Assembly: GCA_038750875.1 (NCBI GenBank)
Contig: JBCDGU010000014.1
Location: forward strand, 7,776 to 71,775
DNA from: Pseudomonadota bacterium
Lineage (GTDB): Bacteria; Pseudomonadota; Gammaproteobacteria; Pseudomonadales; Halieaceae
Direction: 5' to 3'
DNA length: 64,000 nucleotides
Within the stretch, counting starts at the first letter, position 1. Each line of letters starts with the position of its first letter. The position numbers were made by a program, and so were the translations under genes. Under the pieces are notes generated by a model. The model was given only the letters and a program-made list of their open reading frames with translations, had not been told where the DNA came from and ran no database searches. Below are positions 8,208 to 18,363 of the stretch, one piece after another.

Positions 8208-8981
8208 TCAGCCGACGAAGGCGCGCTCGATCACGTAGTCACCTTGAGTTCCCTGGTTGGGAGACACCTCAAAGCCGAACTCATCGAGTTGCTTGGAAAT
8301 GTCCTCAAGCATTGCGATGCTGCCGCAGATCATGGCGCGATCCTGTGATGGATCCAGCTCGGGCAAACCGAGTTCCTTCTGAATATTGCCGGCAATCAGG
8401 TGATCGGTGATGCGGCCCTGATTGCGGAACGGCTCGCGAGTTACGGTAGGGAAGTACACGAATTTCTCGCGGATTTCCTCCCCCAGGTATTCGTCTTGCT
8501 GAAGCTGGGAGGTGAGGTAGTCCTCGTAAGCGAGATCGGACACCCGGCGCACGCCGTGCACCAGCACAACCTTGTCGAATTTCTCGTAGGCGTCGGGATC
8601 ACGAATGATGGCCATGAAAGGCGCGAGGCCCGTACCCGTTGCAAACAGGTACAGATTGCGGCCCGGCCGAAGATCAGTAAGGACCAGCGAGCCTACGGGC
8701 TTCTTACCCAGAAGCACCTCATCACCTACCTTGATGTGCTGCAGGCGTGAGGTGAGTGGGCCATCCTCAACTTTGATGCTCAGGAACTCGAGCTCGTCGT
8801 CGTAGTTGGTGCTGGCAATACTGTAGGCACGCAAGAGCGGTTTGTTCTCGACCTGCAGACCAACCATGGTGAAATGTCCGTTCTCAAATCGGAAACCAGG
8901 GTCGCGTTCTGTCTTAAAGCTGAAAAGCCGATCGTTCCAATGTTTGACTTCAGTAACTTTGGCGGGGGTTACCGCTGCCAT
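8208..8981 (-). CDS. fpr: Ferredoxin--NADP(+) reductase
   Basis: 257 aa. It has the RAYSIAS FAD-binding motif and the GTGLAP NAD(P)-binding motif, and the length and N-terminus are typical of bacterial Fpr. Confidence 0.9.
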   Translation of the reverse strand: MAAVTPAKVTEVKHWNDRLFSFKTERDPGFRFENGHFTMVGLQVENKPLLRAYSIASTNYDDELEFLSIKVEDGPLTSRLQHIKVGDEVLLGKKPVGSLVLTDLRPGRNLYLFATGTGLAPFMAIIRDPDAYEKFDKVVLVHGVRRVSDLAYEDYLTSQLQQDEYLGEEIREKFVYFPTVTREPFRNQGRITDHLIAGNIQKELGLPELDPSQDRAMICGSIAMLEDISKQLDEFGFEVSPNQGTQGDYVIERAFVG

Positions 8982-9158
8982 ATGTATCCTCTCTCAGTTT
9001 CTGTGCCGCTTGCGGCTGTTTCGAAGAAGCAATGTCCTGGGGGGCGCATTCTGATGATCTGACTCCGCGGCTGCAAGAAATTGCGTAGTTCTGTAAAGAA
9101 TTGTTTTTCCTATCTTTATTACCAAAAGACGCCGCAGTTCATCGCCTGCGCAAAACAG

Positions 9159-9179
9159 TAATGATAATTATTATCATTA
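9159..9179. promoter_or_regulatory. Fur box, a perfect 10-1-10 palindrome
   Basis: TAATGATAAT-T-ATTATCATTA contains an exact TGATAAT-n-ATTATCA (7-1-7) Fur core. It sits in the 418-bp gap between fpr (start 8981, minus strand) and the D-aminoacylase gene (start 9400, plus strand). Confidence 0.8.
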
Positions 9180-9399
9180 AAAGCGCCAGAATCTGCAACA
9201 GCAACGAGTCCCTGCGTAACCCCAGGTTTCGCGTGATCAACGCAATAGAAGTCTGCTCTGCCTCGCTTGAGCTGGTACCCAATACGGATCTCAGCCCGCC
9301 CGGCGGTCACAAGGAACCGCATGTATCGCTGTGGTGTGCTGGACGATAGACGTCACCAGCCCATAGACTCTGGCATCGTTTTGCTTTGGGGGAAGCTCA

Positions 9400-11181
9400 A
9401 TGACCTACGATCTAAAAATAACGGGTGGGCTGGTTTTCGACGGAGAAGGCAGCGAGCCTCGCGAGGCCGATGTCGCCATCAGAAATGGCGTTATCGTCGC
9501 CGTTGGTGACTGTCCGGAAGAGGCTCGCGAGACCATTTGTGCGGCTGGACACATCGTGACACCCGGCTTTATCGATCTGCATACCCACTACGACGGCCAG
9601 GTATCCTGGGATGCTGGCATGCAGCCCAGCGTCAATCACGGTGTCAGCACTGTCGTCATGGGCAGTTGCGGCGTTGGCTTTGCTCCCGTACGACCCGACG
9701 ACCGGGAAAAGCTCATCCGTTTGATGGAGGGGGTGGAAGATATCCCGGGTATTGCCCTCACCGAAGGTTTGACCTGGGACTGGGAGACGCTTCCGGAGTA
9801 TATGGACGCGCTTGATGCTAAACCCCATAGCATCGATTTCGCAGTTCAGGTTACCCATGACCCCCTGCGTGTCTATGTCATGGGCGATCGAGCGGTCCAC
9901 AACGAGCAGGCGACCTCTGCCGACATCGCAGAGATGAAACGGCTTACACGAGAAGCCATGGAGGCCGGCGCCATTGGTTTCTCTACAGGTCGTTCCGATA
10001 TTCACCGCAGCGCCGATGGCGACTGGACGCCTTCCTCCGAGGCAACTGTTGAGGAACTGGCAGGTATCGCAAGCGCCTTTGACGGCCTCTCCCATGGTGT
10101 ACTTCAGGCTGTGAATGACTTTGATCTGGAGCGAGAGGGCGATGCGTTCGACAAGGAGTTCGACATCCTTGAGGCGATGGCTCACAGCGGCGGCGGCCGC
10201 CCATTCTCGCTATCTCTTATGCAGCGAGACTTTGCCCCAGACCAGTGGCGACGGATCATTGATCGAGCTGAAAAGGCAGAGGCCAAAGGCACCCGCATGC
10301 GTCTACAGACGGCGCCGAGAGGTATCGGCGTGATTACCGGCCTGCAGTGCACCTTTCATCCGTTCATCGGCTTCCCGAGCTACAAAGCCATCTGCAAGCT
10401 GCCTTTCCATCAGCGCGTAGCGCGCATGAAAGATCCTGATTTCAAAGCGCAGCTGCTAACGGAGACATCGGAAACCCTCGCGGGCGACGGAACACCGGTA
10501 CCGCCCATCGTGGATGCGCTCATGGCCGCCATGGATTACGTGGCGAGCAAAACCTTCCTCCTGGGCGACAACCCGGAATATGAGCAAACGGCGGAAACCT
10601 CGGTCTTACACATGGCTCAGCAACGTGGCGTGAGCGCGCTGGAGCAGATCTACGACTTATTGCTTGAGGAGGATGGCAAGGCGCTGCTTTATTTCCCGAT
10701 CTACAACTATACGGAAATGAACTTCGACAACGTTTACACGATGATGACCCATCCTCAGGCCATCATGGGATTGTCAGATGGTGGTGCCCATGTGGGCACC
10801 ATTTGCGACTCGAGCTTTCCAACGTATTTGCTGACCTACTGGTCGCGGGATCGCAAACAGGGTGACAAGCTTGCCCTGGGCGAGGCAATCCGGCGGCTGA
10901 CATCTGACGTTGCGGACTATTGCGGCATGGGAGATCGCGGACGGATCAAAGTGGGCCTCAAAGCTAATCTCAATGTGATCGATTACGACAAGCTTCGACT
11001 TTATGCACCGCGGATGGTGCAGGATTTGCCCGCCGGTGGTCAGCGCCTTTTGCAGGATGCCGCGGGTTATCGGGCTGTGATTGTTGCGGGTGAAGTGGTG
11101 CTTCGCGACGACATGCTCACGGGGGCAAATCCGGGTCGGCTGTACCGGTCAGGTCAGCTGGCCCTTGAAAGTGCGGCCTGA
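9400..11181 (+). CDS. N-acyl-D-amino-acid deacylase (D-aminoacylase) family amidohydrolase
   Basis: 593 aa. The N-terminus is YDLKITGGLVFDGEG...DVAIRNGVIVAVGD and is followed by the metal motif GFIDLHTHYDGQ. Confidence 0.8.
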   Translation: MTYDLKITGGLVFDGEGSEPREADVAIRNGVIVAVGDCPEEARETICAAGHIVTPGFIDLHTHYDGQVSWDAGMQPSVNHGVSTVVMGSCGVGFAPVRPDDREKLIRLMEGVEDIPGIALTEGLTWDWETLPEYMDALDAKPHSIDFAVQVTHDPLRVYVMGDRAVHNEQATSADIAEMKRLTREAMEAGAIGFSTGRSDIHRSADGDWTPSSEATVEELAGIASAFDGLSHGVLQAVNDFDLEREGDAFDKEFDILEAMAHSGGGRPFSLSLMQRDFAPDQWRRIIDRAEKAEAKGTRMRLQTAPRGIGVITGLQCTFHPFIGFPSYKAICKLPFHQRVARMKDPDFKAQLLTETSETLAGDGTPVPPIVDALMAAMDYVASKTFLLGDNPEYEQTAETSVLHMAQQRGVSALEQIYDLLLEEDGKALLYFPIYNYTEMNFDNVYTMMTHPQAIMGLSDGGAHVGTICDSSFPTYLLTYWSRDRKQGDKLALGEAIRRLTSDVADYCGMGDRGRIKVGLKANLNVIDYDKLRLYAPRMVQDLPAGGQRLLQDAAGYRAVIVAGEVVLRDDMLTGANPGRLYRSGQLALESAA

Positions 11182-11336
11182 CGGACAGATCACGGTCGCA
11201 TCCGTGTATTCTTACCATGAGGGTTTCTCAGGGAATCCGTATCGAATCGTTTTTTGCGACCACCCACTCAAAGGGTGAGACGGTAGTCGCCTACTGGCCG
11301 GCAAACGGCCTCACACTCACTCTAAAGAGAGAAACA

Positions 11337-12140
11337 ATGATGAGAAAAGTCCAACTGCTGTTGAGTTCAGTTCTTTTGGCCGTGCTCGCCCTGGCGCCCC
11401 TGGCTCACGCAGGCGACACGCTGGATCGCGTGGTGGAAAACAAGACGCTGGTGGTGGGTATGTCGGCCGATCAGCCTCCCATGAATGCTATGAATCGTCA
11501 GGGTGGGTACATGGGCTTTGACGTCGATCTGGCAAACGCCCTGGCCAATGCGATGCGCGCTGATCTGCGCATTGAGCAGATGCCCTTTGGCGATCTCATG
11601 GAGGCCCTGGATGAGGGCAAGATCGACATGATTATCTCCGGGATGGCCATCACGCCCGAACGGAGCAAGATCGCTTCTTTTATTGGTCCCTACATGATGA
11701 GCGGAAAGTCCATTCTGGCAACGCGTGAGGCGATCCAGCAGTTTGCGGCTGGCGATCTTTCTTCCAAGGATGTAAAGCTGGCTGCCCTGAAAAACTCCAC
11801 CAGTGCCACGTTTGTTCTTGAAGCGGCGCCAAATGCCACGCTGGTTGAAGTAGAGGACTATGCCGAAGCCATTGCGATGGTTCGCACGGGCGCTGCGGCT
11901 GGCATGGTGGCCGATGAGCCTACGTGCAAGCTCGCCGTATTGCGAGACCCTGATTCTGGTCTCGTGACGTTGGATAAGCCGCTGACCGTCGAGCCGTTCG
12001 GCATTGCCATTGATGCCGACGACGGTGAATTTCTTAACCTCGTTCAAAACTATGTGAAGGCTTACGAGCGCACCGGTCTACTGAATGGTCTGCGCAAAAA
12101 GTGGCTGGAAAGCAGCAGCTGGGTTGCAGCACTCCCCTAA
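11337..12140 (+). CDS. Periplasmic solute-binding protein (family 3, amino-acid type)
   Basis: I trimmed the start to ATG 11337 (in frame with the listed ORF), which gives the signal peptide MMRKVQLLLSSVLLAVLALAPLAHA. A PBPb-like core (GFDVDLANALA...DMIISGMAITPER) follows. Confidence 0.8.
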   Translation: MMRKVQLLLSSVLLAVLALAPLAHAGDTLDRVVENKTLVVGMSADQPPMNAMNRQGGYMGFDVDLANALANAMRADLRIEQMPFGDLMEALDEGKIDMIISGMAITPERSKIASFIGPYMMSGKSILATREAIQQFAAGDLSSKDVKLAALKNSTSATFVLEAAPNATLVEVEDYAEAIAMVRTGAAAGMVADEPTCKLAVLRDPDSGLVTLDKPLTVEPFGIAIDADDGEFLNLVQNYVKAYERTGLLNGLRKKWLESSSWVAALP

Positions 12141-12166
12141 GCTGACCTCCAACCCCATGTATCCAG

Positions 12167-12197
12167 AGCCCGGGTGTGCTGCGCCCGGGCTTTTTTT
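12167..12197 (+). terminator. Rho-independent terminator
   Basis: A 7-bp stem (GCCCGGG, 9-nt loop, CCCGGGC) is followed by 7 T residues, 27 nt after the stop of the binding-protein gene. Confidence 0.8.
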
Positions 12198-12396
12198 GTC
12201 GCCGATGAAGGTATCGTTCGGAGAAACTGCGACGCTCCGGGTCGAGCGCCTATCGTTACGTGACGGCTATCCGCGCTAAAACGCCGGTTCTAAGCACAGG
12301 GCTCCTGCGGCGGAACTGATCGCGGGAGCGCTAACGAGGTCGGGTCCAGAGGGTAAGGGCCAGCGCTGATACAGACTGCGGATCGGTTGCTTTGAC

Positions 12397-13632
12397 TTAG
12401 TCCCCGTCTGAGAAGTTGGTGCCCAGATCTACGCCAATGGCGTCGGGTATCTCCCGTTTAAAGTTGCCATCTAGCTCTCCAAGGCGTACTTCAAGTAAAA
12501 CAGGGTCACTTAGCTCAATGGCTTCGCGGATGGCGATGAGATTGGTCCGCGCAATGTCTACGGCGGTGCCATCCCCCTGGGCGATGAGGAGATCGGCGAG
12601 AGACACGGTGGATCCGGCGCCGCCTTCGAGGAAGGCCTCTGCGCTGTCAACGGATCGGGCAACCGCGTCCCAGCTACTCTCCGCCAGCTGCGCTACGCGG
12701 GTGACAACGGCGCGGTCTTGAAGATGTACGAGGTGATCCTGAATACCCAGGATCAGAATAACAATGGGCGACTTCCCATTGCTGGGGTCGGCATCACCCA
12801 GGTCGAGGGGCTCAAGTGCATCTGCGGTGAATATCGTCTCAAAGGACTGTCCACTATCCCCATAACTCTGAAGCCAGCCTGACTCCACGGCGGCAGCGCG
12901 TCCGGATAGAGAAGCCAGTAGCCCCTGCGCGATTTCGCACTTGCGCGGTGAGTTGTTGAATTCGGCCGTTATCGATGCGGCGTCGCGAGCTTGCTCGCCT
13001 GTGGCGGTCTCAAAAAGAGCAATCTCCAGTGCCAGGAGGCCGACCCGCTGGAAGTTCTTGCCATCGAAATAGGCCTTGTCGAGCGTCGTGGACGATGAAA
13101 TGTCGCTGGCAATTTCGGCGCGCACCGTTTCCGAGTAGTCCGTGCCGCGCTGGCGATAGCTGTCGATGAACAAGTATTCGGGGAAGAAAATGTCGTCTTC
13201 CAGCGGCCCAAAAACAAAGTTCGCGAGGTACGACCAGCTGTTATACAGCGTACGCCACTGATCCTGCAGATCCGTGATCGTGGTGGCGCCGGACGCGCAG
13301 AAACTGTCCGTAAGCGAGGACAGAGAATCCGTTTGGGTCTTGAAGTCGTCCACGGCCACCAACACAACGCGCTCGACGATTTGCCGATGGACTGTTTCCA
13401 GATCGGTAGCACTGGGATCGGGATCCGGGTCCGGATCGGGGTCCGGGTCCGGGTCGGGATCTGGATCAGGGTCGGGATTACTACCGCCATTGTTGACCTG
13501 ACCGATCTTAACGGGCTCATCAGCCGGAAGCACAGGCACGTCGATGACCGAGTTGACGCTCCAAAGAACGGCCACTACAGCCATCACCAACGTGATTTTT
13601 CCGGTAAAGCTACCCAGAATGGCGTTGAACAT
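12397..13632 (-). CDS. Imelysin-like (peptidase M75-like fold) protein with N-terminal membrane anchor and (Pro-Asp)10 linker
   Basis: 411 aa with a hydrophobic N-terminal helix followed by NPDPDPDPDPDPDPDPDPDPDPS. It is the last gene of the imelysin/DUF1111/DUF1513 operon. The family call rests on this context and the overall pattern, so it is moderate. Confidence 0.6.
   Translation of the reverse strand: MFNAILGSFTGKITLVMAVVAVLWSVNSVIDVPVLPADEPVKIGQVNNGGSNPDPDPDPDPDPDPDPDPDPDPSATDLETVHRQIVERVVLVAVDDFKTQTDSLSSLTDSFCASGATTITDLQDQWRTLYNSWSYLANFVFGPLEDDIFFPEYLFIDSYRQRGTDYSETVRAEIASDISSSTTLDKAYFDGKNFQRVGLLALEIALFETATGEQARDAASITAEFNNSPRKCEIAQGLLASLSGRAAAVESGWLQSYGDSGQSFETIFTADALEPLDLGDADPSNGKSPIVILILGIQDHLVHLQDRAVVTRVAQLAESSWDAVARSVDSAEAFLEGGAGSTVSLADLLIAQGDGTAVDIARTNLIAIREAIELSDPVLLEVRLGELDGNFKREIPDAIGVDLGTNFSDGD
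13414..13476 (-). repeat. Coding hexanucleotide repeat (CCN GAY)n encoding P(DP)10
   Basis: 21 alternating Pro/Asp codons, with imperfect third-position variation. Confidence 0.9.
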
Positions 13633-13650
13633 TATTGACCTCGAAAATCT

Positions 13651-14829
13651 TTATACCGTCGCACTGGCAGCAGCGCGCGGGGCGATCTCAACGTGATTGT
13701 CCCAGCCAAGGCCAGGGGTGTGAAAGCGGGTATCCGCGACCTCGGAGGCGTCGCCGCCTTCAATGATACGTCCCTGCCCCTGAGAGTTGGTCAGCAGGAA
13801 GCGATCAGTTTGGGGAATAGTACCTATCCCGCACACATCGTGAAGGATGTGAAAGCCCTGGAAGGTACCAGCCTTCAGGTCAGCGGTAATCACGAGGTCC
13901 CCCCTAGGGCTTGAGAACGCCGCGTGCTGCCCCGTCGAGCTGATTTGGACGCTTCCAATATAGTCGTCGCAGGCGGCGTTCACTGCATCGGGTATGGCGA
14001 GGGGACGAATACCCTCTCCCCGACGATGACGAGCCACCAGCGGGGCCGCCTCGCCATGATCCTTGGGTAACCGCTGAAACTGCATGCCCAGGGCAACGAA
14101 GCCGCTCTTACTGACATCAAGGTGGCGAATGCTTGCCCGGGGATGTGGACTTGGGGCCGTTTCGATTACGGCGCCCGAGTCCGTATCAAGGTAGCTCAGA
14201 TTGGACGCCATGGTGTCCAGATTGAGTACTTCTCGCCCGGACTCCGGGCGCGTTAGCAATCCGCCGTTGGCGATCGCTAGGGTCCGATCATCCGGCATCC
14301 AAACGAGTTCATGAGGCCCTATGCCACCCGAGTCCCACTCGTCGAGTAACGTGAATCCGTCAGTCTCGCGCACACAGATCAACCCTCTGCCAGAGGTGAT
14401 CTCACCCTCACAGGAATAAAGCAGCTTGCCGTCAGCGCTGAACACCCCATGGCCAAAGGCTTGCCGGTCCTTCCCGAGATGAAACGCGCTGTCTACCGCG
14501 CCATTCTCGAGATCGACGCGTAGAGCCTTAAAGCCCGGGCGGCGGGCAAACATGAGCAGCGTGCTGGGATCGCTGGGATGCTGTACGACGCCATGGCCAC
14601 GAAAATCGGCGTCAAACACCCTAACAGTCGGTTCGGCGTGCCTGCCATCGAACTCGGCGGTCAGAAGGGTGGTCCCGCCATCATTGAGGCGCCGTCCAGC
14701 GGATAGCAGGCGCAACGGCCCCACGGTCTGCTGTGGGAGAGCAGCGCTACTGACACCCACGCCGCCCAGCGCCGCGCCCAGGGCGGTGGCTAATTGATGG
14801 CAAAAGTGTCTTCGGGTCAGAGGACTCAT
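13651..14829 (-). CDS. DUF1513 domain protein with a Tat signal
   Basis: 392 aa. It has the twin-arginine motif TRRHFCHQLATALGAALGG and beta-propeller-like content. It overlaps the upstream gene by 4 nt (ATGA). Confidence 0.7.
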   Translation of the reverse strand: MSPLTRRHFCHQLATALGAALGGVGVSSAALPQQTVGPLRLLSAGRRLNDGGTTLLTAEFDGRHAEPTVRVFDADFRGHGVVQHPSDPSTLLMFARRPGFKALRVDLENGAVDSAFHLGKDRQAFGHGVFSADGKLLYSCEGEITSGRGLICVRETDGFTLLDEWDSGGIGPHELVWMPDDRTLAIANGGLLTRPESGREVLNLDTMASNLSYLDTDSGAVIETAPSPHPRASIRHLDVSKSGFVALGMQFQRLPKDHGEAAPLVARHRRGEGIRPLAIPDAVNAACDDYIGSVQISSTGQHAAFSSPRGDLVITADLKAGTFQGFHILHDVCGIGTIPQTDRFLLTNSQGQGRIIEGGDASEVADTRFHTPGLGWDNHVEIAPRAAASATV

Positions 14830-16334
14830 AAAGATTCAATGAATGCGATCAGCGCAGTGCGTTTTTGTACGTTGAGCCCGACAAAACGGTCTCGTGAATT
14901 TTGCGCCTCTCCGCCGTGCCACAGGATCGCCTCTTCGACGCTTCCTGCACGACCATCGTGAAGAAAGTGGGCACTGCCGTTGATCAATTTGCTCGCACCA
15001 ATGCCCCATAAGGGCGACGTGCGCCACTCACGGCCTGTGGCGTCGAAATCCGCACGATGGTCAGCGAGCGCCTCTCCCATGTCGTGCAAAAGATAATCTG
15101 AAAAGGGCCAGATTTCCTGATGAGCAAGGTGCGGGTACTCCGTTGAGGCGCCCGTTGTCATGTTGGGACGGTGGCATTGGGCGCATCCTGTCGCCACAAA
15201 CAGCTCAGAGCCTTCGTTATGCGCCGCCTCCTCAAGCATGCGGGCTGCAGGTACGGCACTGTTCGCCAGAAAGTCGACGACGAGCTGCAGTAAAGACTCG
15301 GGGAGTTCCACGCCTTCCTCATCGGGGCCTGATGGTGCCCTTATGCAGCGTGCCTGTTGGGCCGTGCAGGTTTCCCGAGGAAAGAGGGGGTTCGTAATAC
15401 CGAGGTCGTTTACGAAGGCGCCAGCGACGGTGTGCCTTAGATTCGCCGAGTTCGCCTTCCAGCCAAAGCGTCCGGGTACCAGCGTCGACGATTCCGGGTC
15501 CCATACCTGGTTGCGCCGGCCACTGATGCCGTCCTCGTTTTTATCCATTGGATCAGCCCATGCATCCAGTGACTCCTCGCGCACTAGCGCCACAAGGCCA
15601 ACGCCATGAACGACGGGCGCATTCCGCAGGGCAGTGAGGGTATCCGCGGCGAGAGGACCATAGCCGAGCTCGCGAAGCTCAATAGTGGGCTTGCGAAGCT
15701 CGACGGTTCGTCCGTCTGGGTAGGCAAAGGATTCGCGCGTCCAGGTTACATAGACCTTTGCCTCCGCAGGGGGTTCGGCGTCTGCGCCAGGTCCTACGGC
15801 CTCGGGCGACAAACCCAACTGATCGGCCAGAGAAATGGATTGAATCTGGATCTGATCGCCGTACGCGGGGTCCGGGACGACGCTTTCATGAGGGGTCCGC
15901 TCACCACTCTGGCGGGCGAGCCTCACCACGGCGCTACCCACGAGCTGCCCCTCGCTGGCGATGTGACCGCGCCCACCGTTGATATGACACCGTAGACAGC
16001 TGCGCACGTTGTAAAGAGGCCCAAGGCCATCGCGAGCTGTGGTGGTGGTGGGCGCCTTGATCCAAGGTTGATTGGCCAGAGCGCGGCCGGCGTTAAATTC
16101 CGGGATCTTAGGCCGGGGCAGGGCGGGAGAAACGGCGATGGAACTGGGTGCTTGAGACAGAGGCTGGGTTGAGCCGCCGCCGGATAACCAGCCCTGAGCT
16201 GGCATCGATGGGCCCGTTGGAGTCTCGGCCGCCACCGTCGCACACCACGTGGCCAACACGATGAGCGTTAGCCCGAGGGCAAAGCATGCTGTGTATCCCC
16301 GACGACGTCGCGCGAGGCCTTCCGGTGCCGCCAT
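14826..16334 (-). CDS. Di-haem oxidoreductase, DUF1111 family (putative peroxidase)
   Basis: 502 aa with two CxxCH motifs (CLRCH, CAQCH). Its position between imelysin and DUF1513 matches the known conserved cluster. Confidence 0.8.
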   Translation of the reverse strand: MAAPEGLARRRRGYTACFALGLTLIVLATWCATVAAETPTGPSMPAQGWLSGGGSTQPLSQAPSSIAVSPALPRPKIPEFNAGRALANQPWIKAPTTTTARDGLGPLYNVRSCLRCHINGGRGHIASEGQLVGSAVVRLARQSGERTPHESVVPDPAYGDQIQIQSISLADQLGLSPEAVGPGADAEPPAEAKVYVTWTRESFAYPDGRTVELRKPTIELRELGYGPLAADTLTALRNAPVVHGVGLVALVREESLDAWADPMDKNEDGISGRRNQVWDPESSTLVPGRFGWKANSANLRHTVAGAFVNDLGITNPLFPRETCTAQQARCIRAPSGPDEEGVELPESLLQLVVDFLANSAVPAARMLEEAAHNEGSELFVATGCAQCHRPNMTTGASTEYPHLAHQEIWPFSDYLLHDMGEALADHRADFDATGREWRTSPLWGIGASKLINGSAHFLHDGRAGSVEEAILWHGGEAQNSRDRFVGLNVQKRTALIAFIESL

Positions 16335-16449
16335 GAAACTTCTGTAAATCCTCAGCCAAAAAGAAAGGGGCTGACATAGCCAGCCCCTTACTATTGCTTG
16401 ATGCCCCCTTGGCTCAAAGTGAGCCTCGGGGCACCGTCAAGGGAGTTGC

Positions 16450-18111
16450 TTAGCCACACTCCTCCGTTGGGTTGGTGGTGTCGCACTCGCTTGCGTCATC
16501 GTCAACCACGTCTTCCGCAATCTCAAGGGCTTCGGCGAGATTAGCGATTTCCGTTGATTGCCCGTTCAGAGCCAGGATAGACGTGAACATGGGGTTGGTC
16601 TCGTTCAGATTCGCCGTCTGAATCAGCACGTCTACGGGGCTACCGGCACGAGCCGACGCATCGATGGTACCGACCGCCGTCGTGGTCTCCTGGATCGCTG
16701 TATCGAGGGCTGCTGCCACGGTCGCCACGTCGCCACCCAGGTCACGGGCGAGATCGTCGAAGCCGTAACCGGATACGGCGCGGTCTGTGTTGTCGCCAGC
16801 ACCATCAGCACCATCGAGATCCGCATCATAGCCGCTATAATCGCCGTAGAAGCTGTTCGAAATACCCTCGGCGTTCAGCAAAATGTCACGGTGCGTGTTG
16901 TCCGCGAAACAGGAATGCTCGTCTTCCTGGGAGTTCGCGCTGAAGGAAATCTGCATGCGTTCGCCTGCAAGCTCACCTTCAGACAGCGTGCCCATACCGG
17001 TCAGGATTTCGGTCAGGCGCTCCAGCGCTTCCGAGGTGTTGTTGATGGTCGTGAATTGGTCGCGGTAGTTACCGTCGACACCGTCGCGCCATCCATCAAC
17101 CACGCTTTCCAGGTCAGCGATAAGCTTGTCCGTCGCAACCTGCAGGTACAGCAAACGGCGCGCAGCGCCAGCGTCGGAGGTGAAGTCCGTCAGCGGACGC
17201 TGACCACCGGCGGCAAGGTTTGCAGCGCCATTAGACTTAACCGCAGTCTCGCGATCGGTGCCTACGGTGACCATGCCATTGTTGTTGAGGTCCTGGCCCC
17301 ACAGCAGGAATTCGATAGCGTGGTAACCCGAGATGACGTCACGCTCGTCATCCGCTGATGCGGATCCATCAAGCAGTGCCGCGTCGATCGTCACAGAGCT
17401 GGCGATGATGTTTACGGCGGGATCGGAGCCGTCCACGGCGCCACCACCGGCGATAGGCGTGGAGCTGGAGGATATGCCCACCTGATCAGTTTCAAAGTCA
17501 TCGACAGTTCCTGGGCTGATCACGACCGTATCGATCAGAGCTTCGCCCAAGGGCCAAGCATTGATTGCGCCTTCAGGGCCGTCTTCGTCCATATAGTTCG
17601 TCGAATCGATGGGGCTGTTGCGGAAGCGATAGACCTCCGTCTGGCCGTAGGGCTCACGGGCTACGAGCCACGCCATCTTCGCCGCGTCCAATCCCGCTTG
17701 CGTGGGGTTGGCCGCAAATGAATCGATTGCCGTTTTGAGCGCCTTGGCGGTGTCTACGGAGTCTTCGTAGGCCGCAAGGGCAATGTTCGCGTTGGTCTCT
17801 AGGAGACGCGCCGCTCGATCAAGGGTGAATGCATTGGCGTCGCCATTACAGACAAAACTCGTTGCATCGATCTCATCAGCATCGAGAGTACCGTTGCCGT
17901 TGTCGTCGATACCCGAATCGATACGAGTACCACCCACACCGCAATTGTCATCGCCCTGCGGAAGCGTTGTTTGAGCAATCAGGCTAGACGCGCCGTCTGA
18001 ACCCGGTGAGCCGGCGGCGCCGGGAGCGCCATCGTCGCCGTCATCACCTTCACAGGCGGCTAGCGATACTGCGAGCGCGGCCGCCAGTGCGGCTCTTGGA
18101 AAAATATTCAT
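16450..18111 (-). CDS. Imelysin family lipoprotein (IrpA-like) with a Ca-binding-like acidic N-terminal region
   Basis: 553 aa with the lipobox VSLAAC and Asp-rich DxDxDG-like segments (DDNGNGTLDADEID). It is the first gene of the cluster. Confidence 0.7.
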   Translation of the reverse strand: MNIFPRAALAAALAVSLAACEGDDGDDGAPGAAGSPGSDGASSLIAQTTLPQGDDNCGVGGTRIDSGIDDNGNGTLDADEIDATSFVCNGDANAFTLDRAARLLETNANIALAAYEDSVDTAKALKTAIDSFAANPTQAGLDAAKMAWLVAREPYGQTEVYRFRNSPIDSTNYMDEDGPEGAINAWPLGEALIDTVVISPGTVDDFETDQVGISSSSTPIAGGGAVDGSDPAVNIIASSVTIDAALLDGSASADDERDVISGYHAIEFLLWGQDLNNNGMVTVGTDRETAVKSNGAANLAAGGQRPLTDFTSDAGAARRLLYLQVATDKLIADLESVVDGWRDGVDGNYRDQFTTINNTSEALERLTEILTGMGTLSEGELAGERMQISFSANSQEDEHSCFADNTHRDILLNAEGISNSFYGDYSGYDADLDGADGAGDNTDRAVSGYGFDDLARDLGGDVATVAAALDTAIQETTTAVGTIDASARAGSPVDVLIQTANLNETNPMFTSILALNGQSTEIANLAEALEIAEDVVDDDASECDTTNPTEECG

Positions 18112-18230
18112 CTGAGATACCCCAAAAGTTAGTGGTTATTTCCGTTTTTTAGGGATCCTGACGAAGTAGGTATTGCTGTAGTTGGAAGACCCCGGCAGGC
18201 ACAGTAATATTAGCCACGCTGGTTTGCAAC

Positions 18231-18249
18231 TAAATGCGAATCGTTCTCT
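18231..18249. promoter_or_regulatory. Weak Fur-box-like sequence in the divergent promoter region
   Basis: TAAATGCGAATCGTTCTCT matches about 12 of 18 positions of the Fur consensus and only 9 of 14 of the 7-1-7 core. Confidence 0.25.
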
Positions 18250-18363
18250 TTTATTTTCTTGATTACGCACCTTTCCTGTCGATCCCGCTCCAGCAGACCT
18301 CGAATCCCTGGCGTGTCGGCAAGCAGGCTCGGAGCGCGGTTTGACGGCAGGGGCCGTGGGTAA

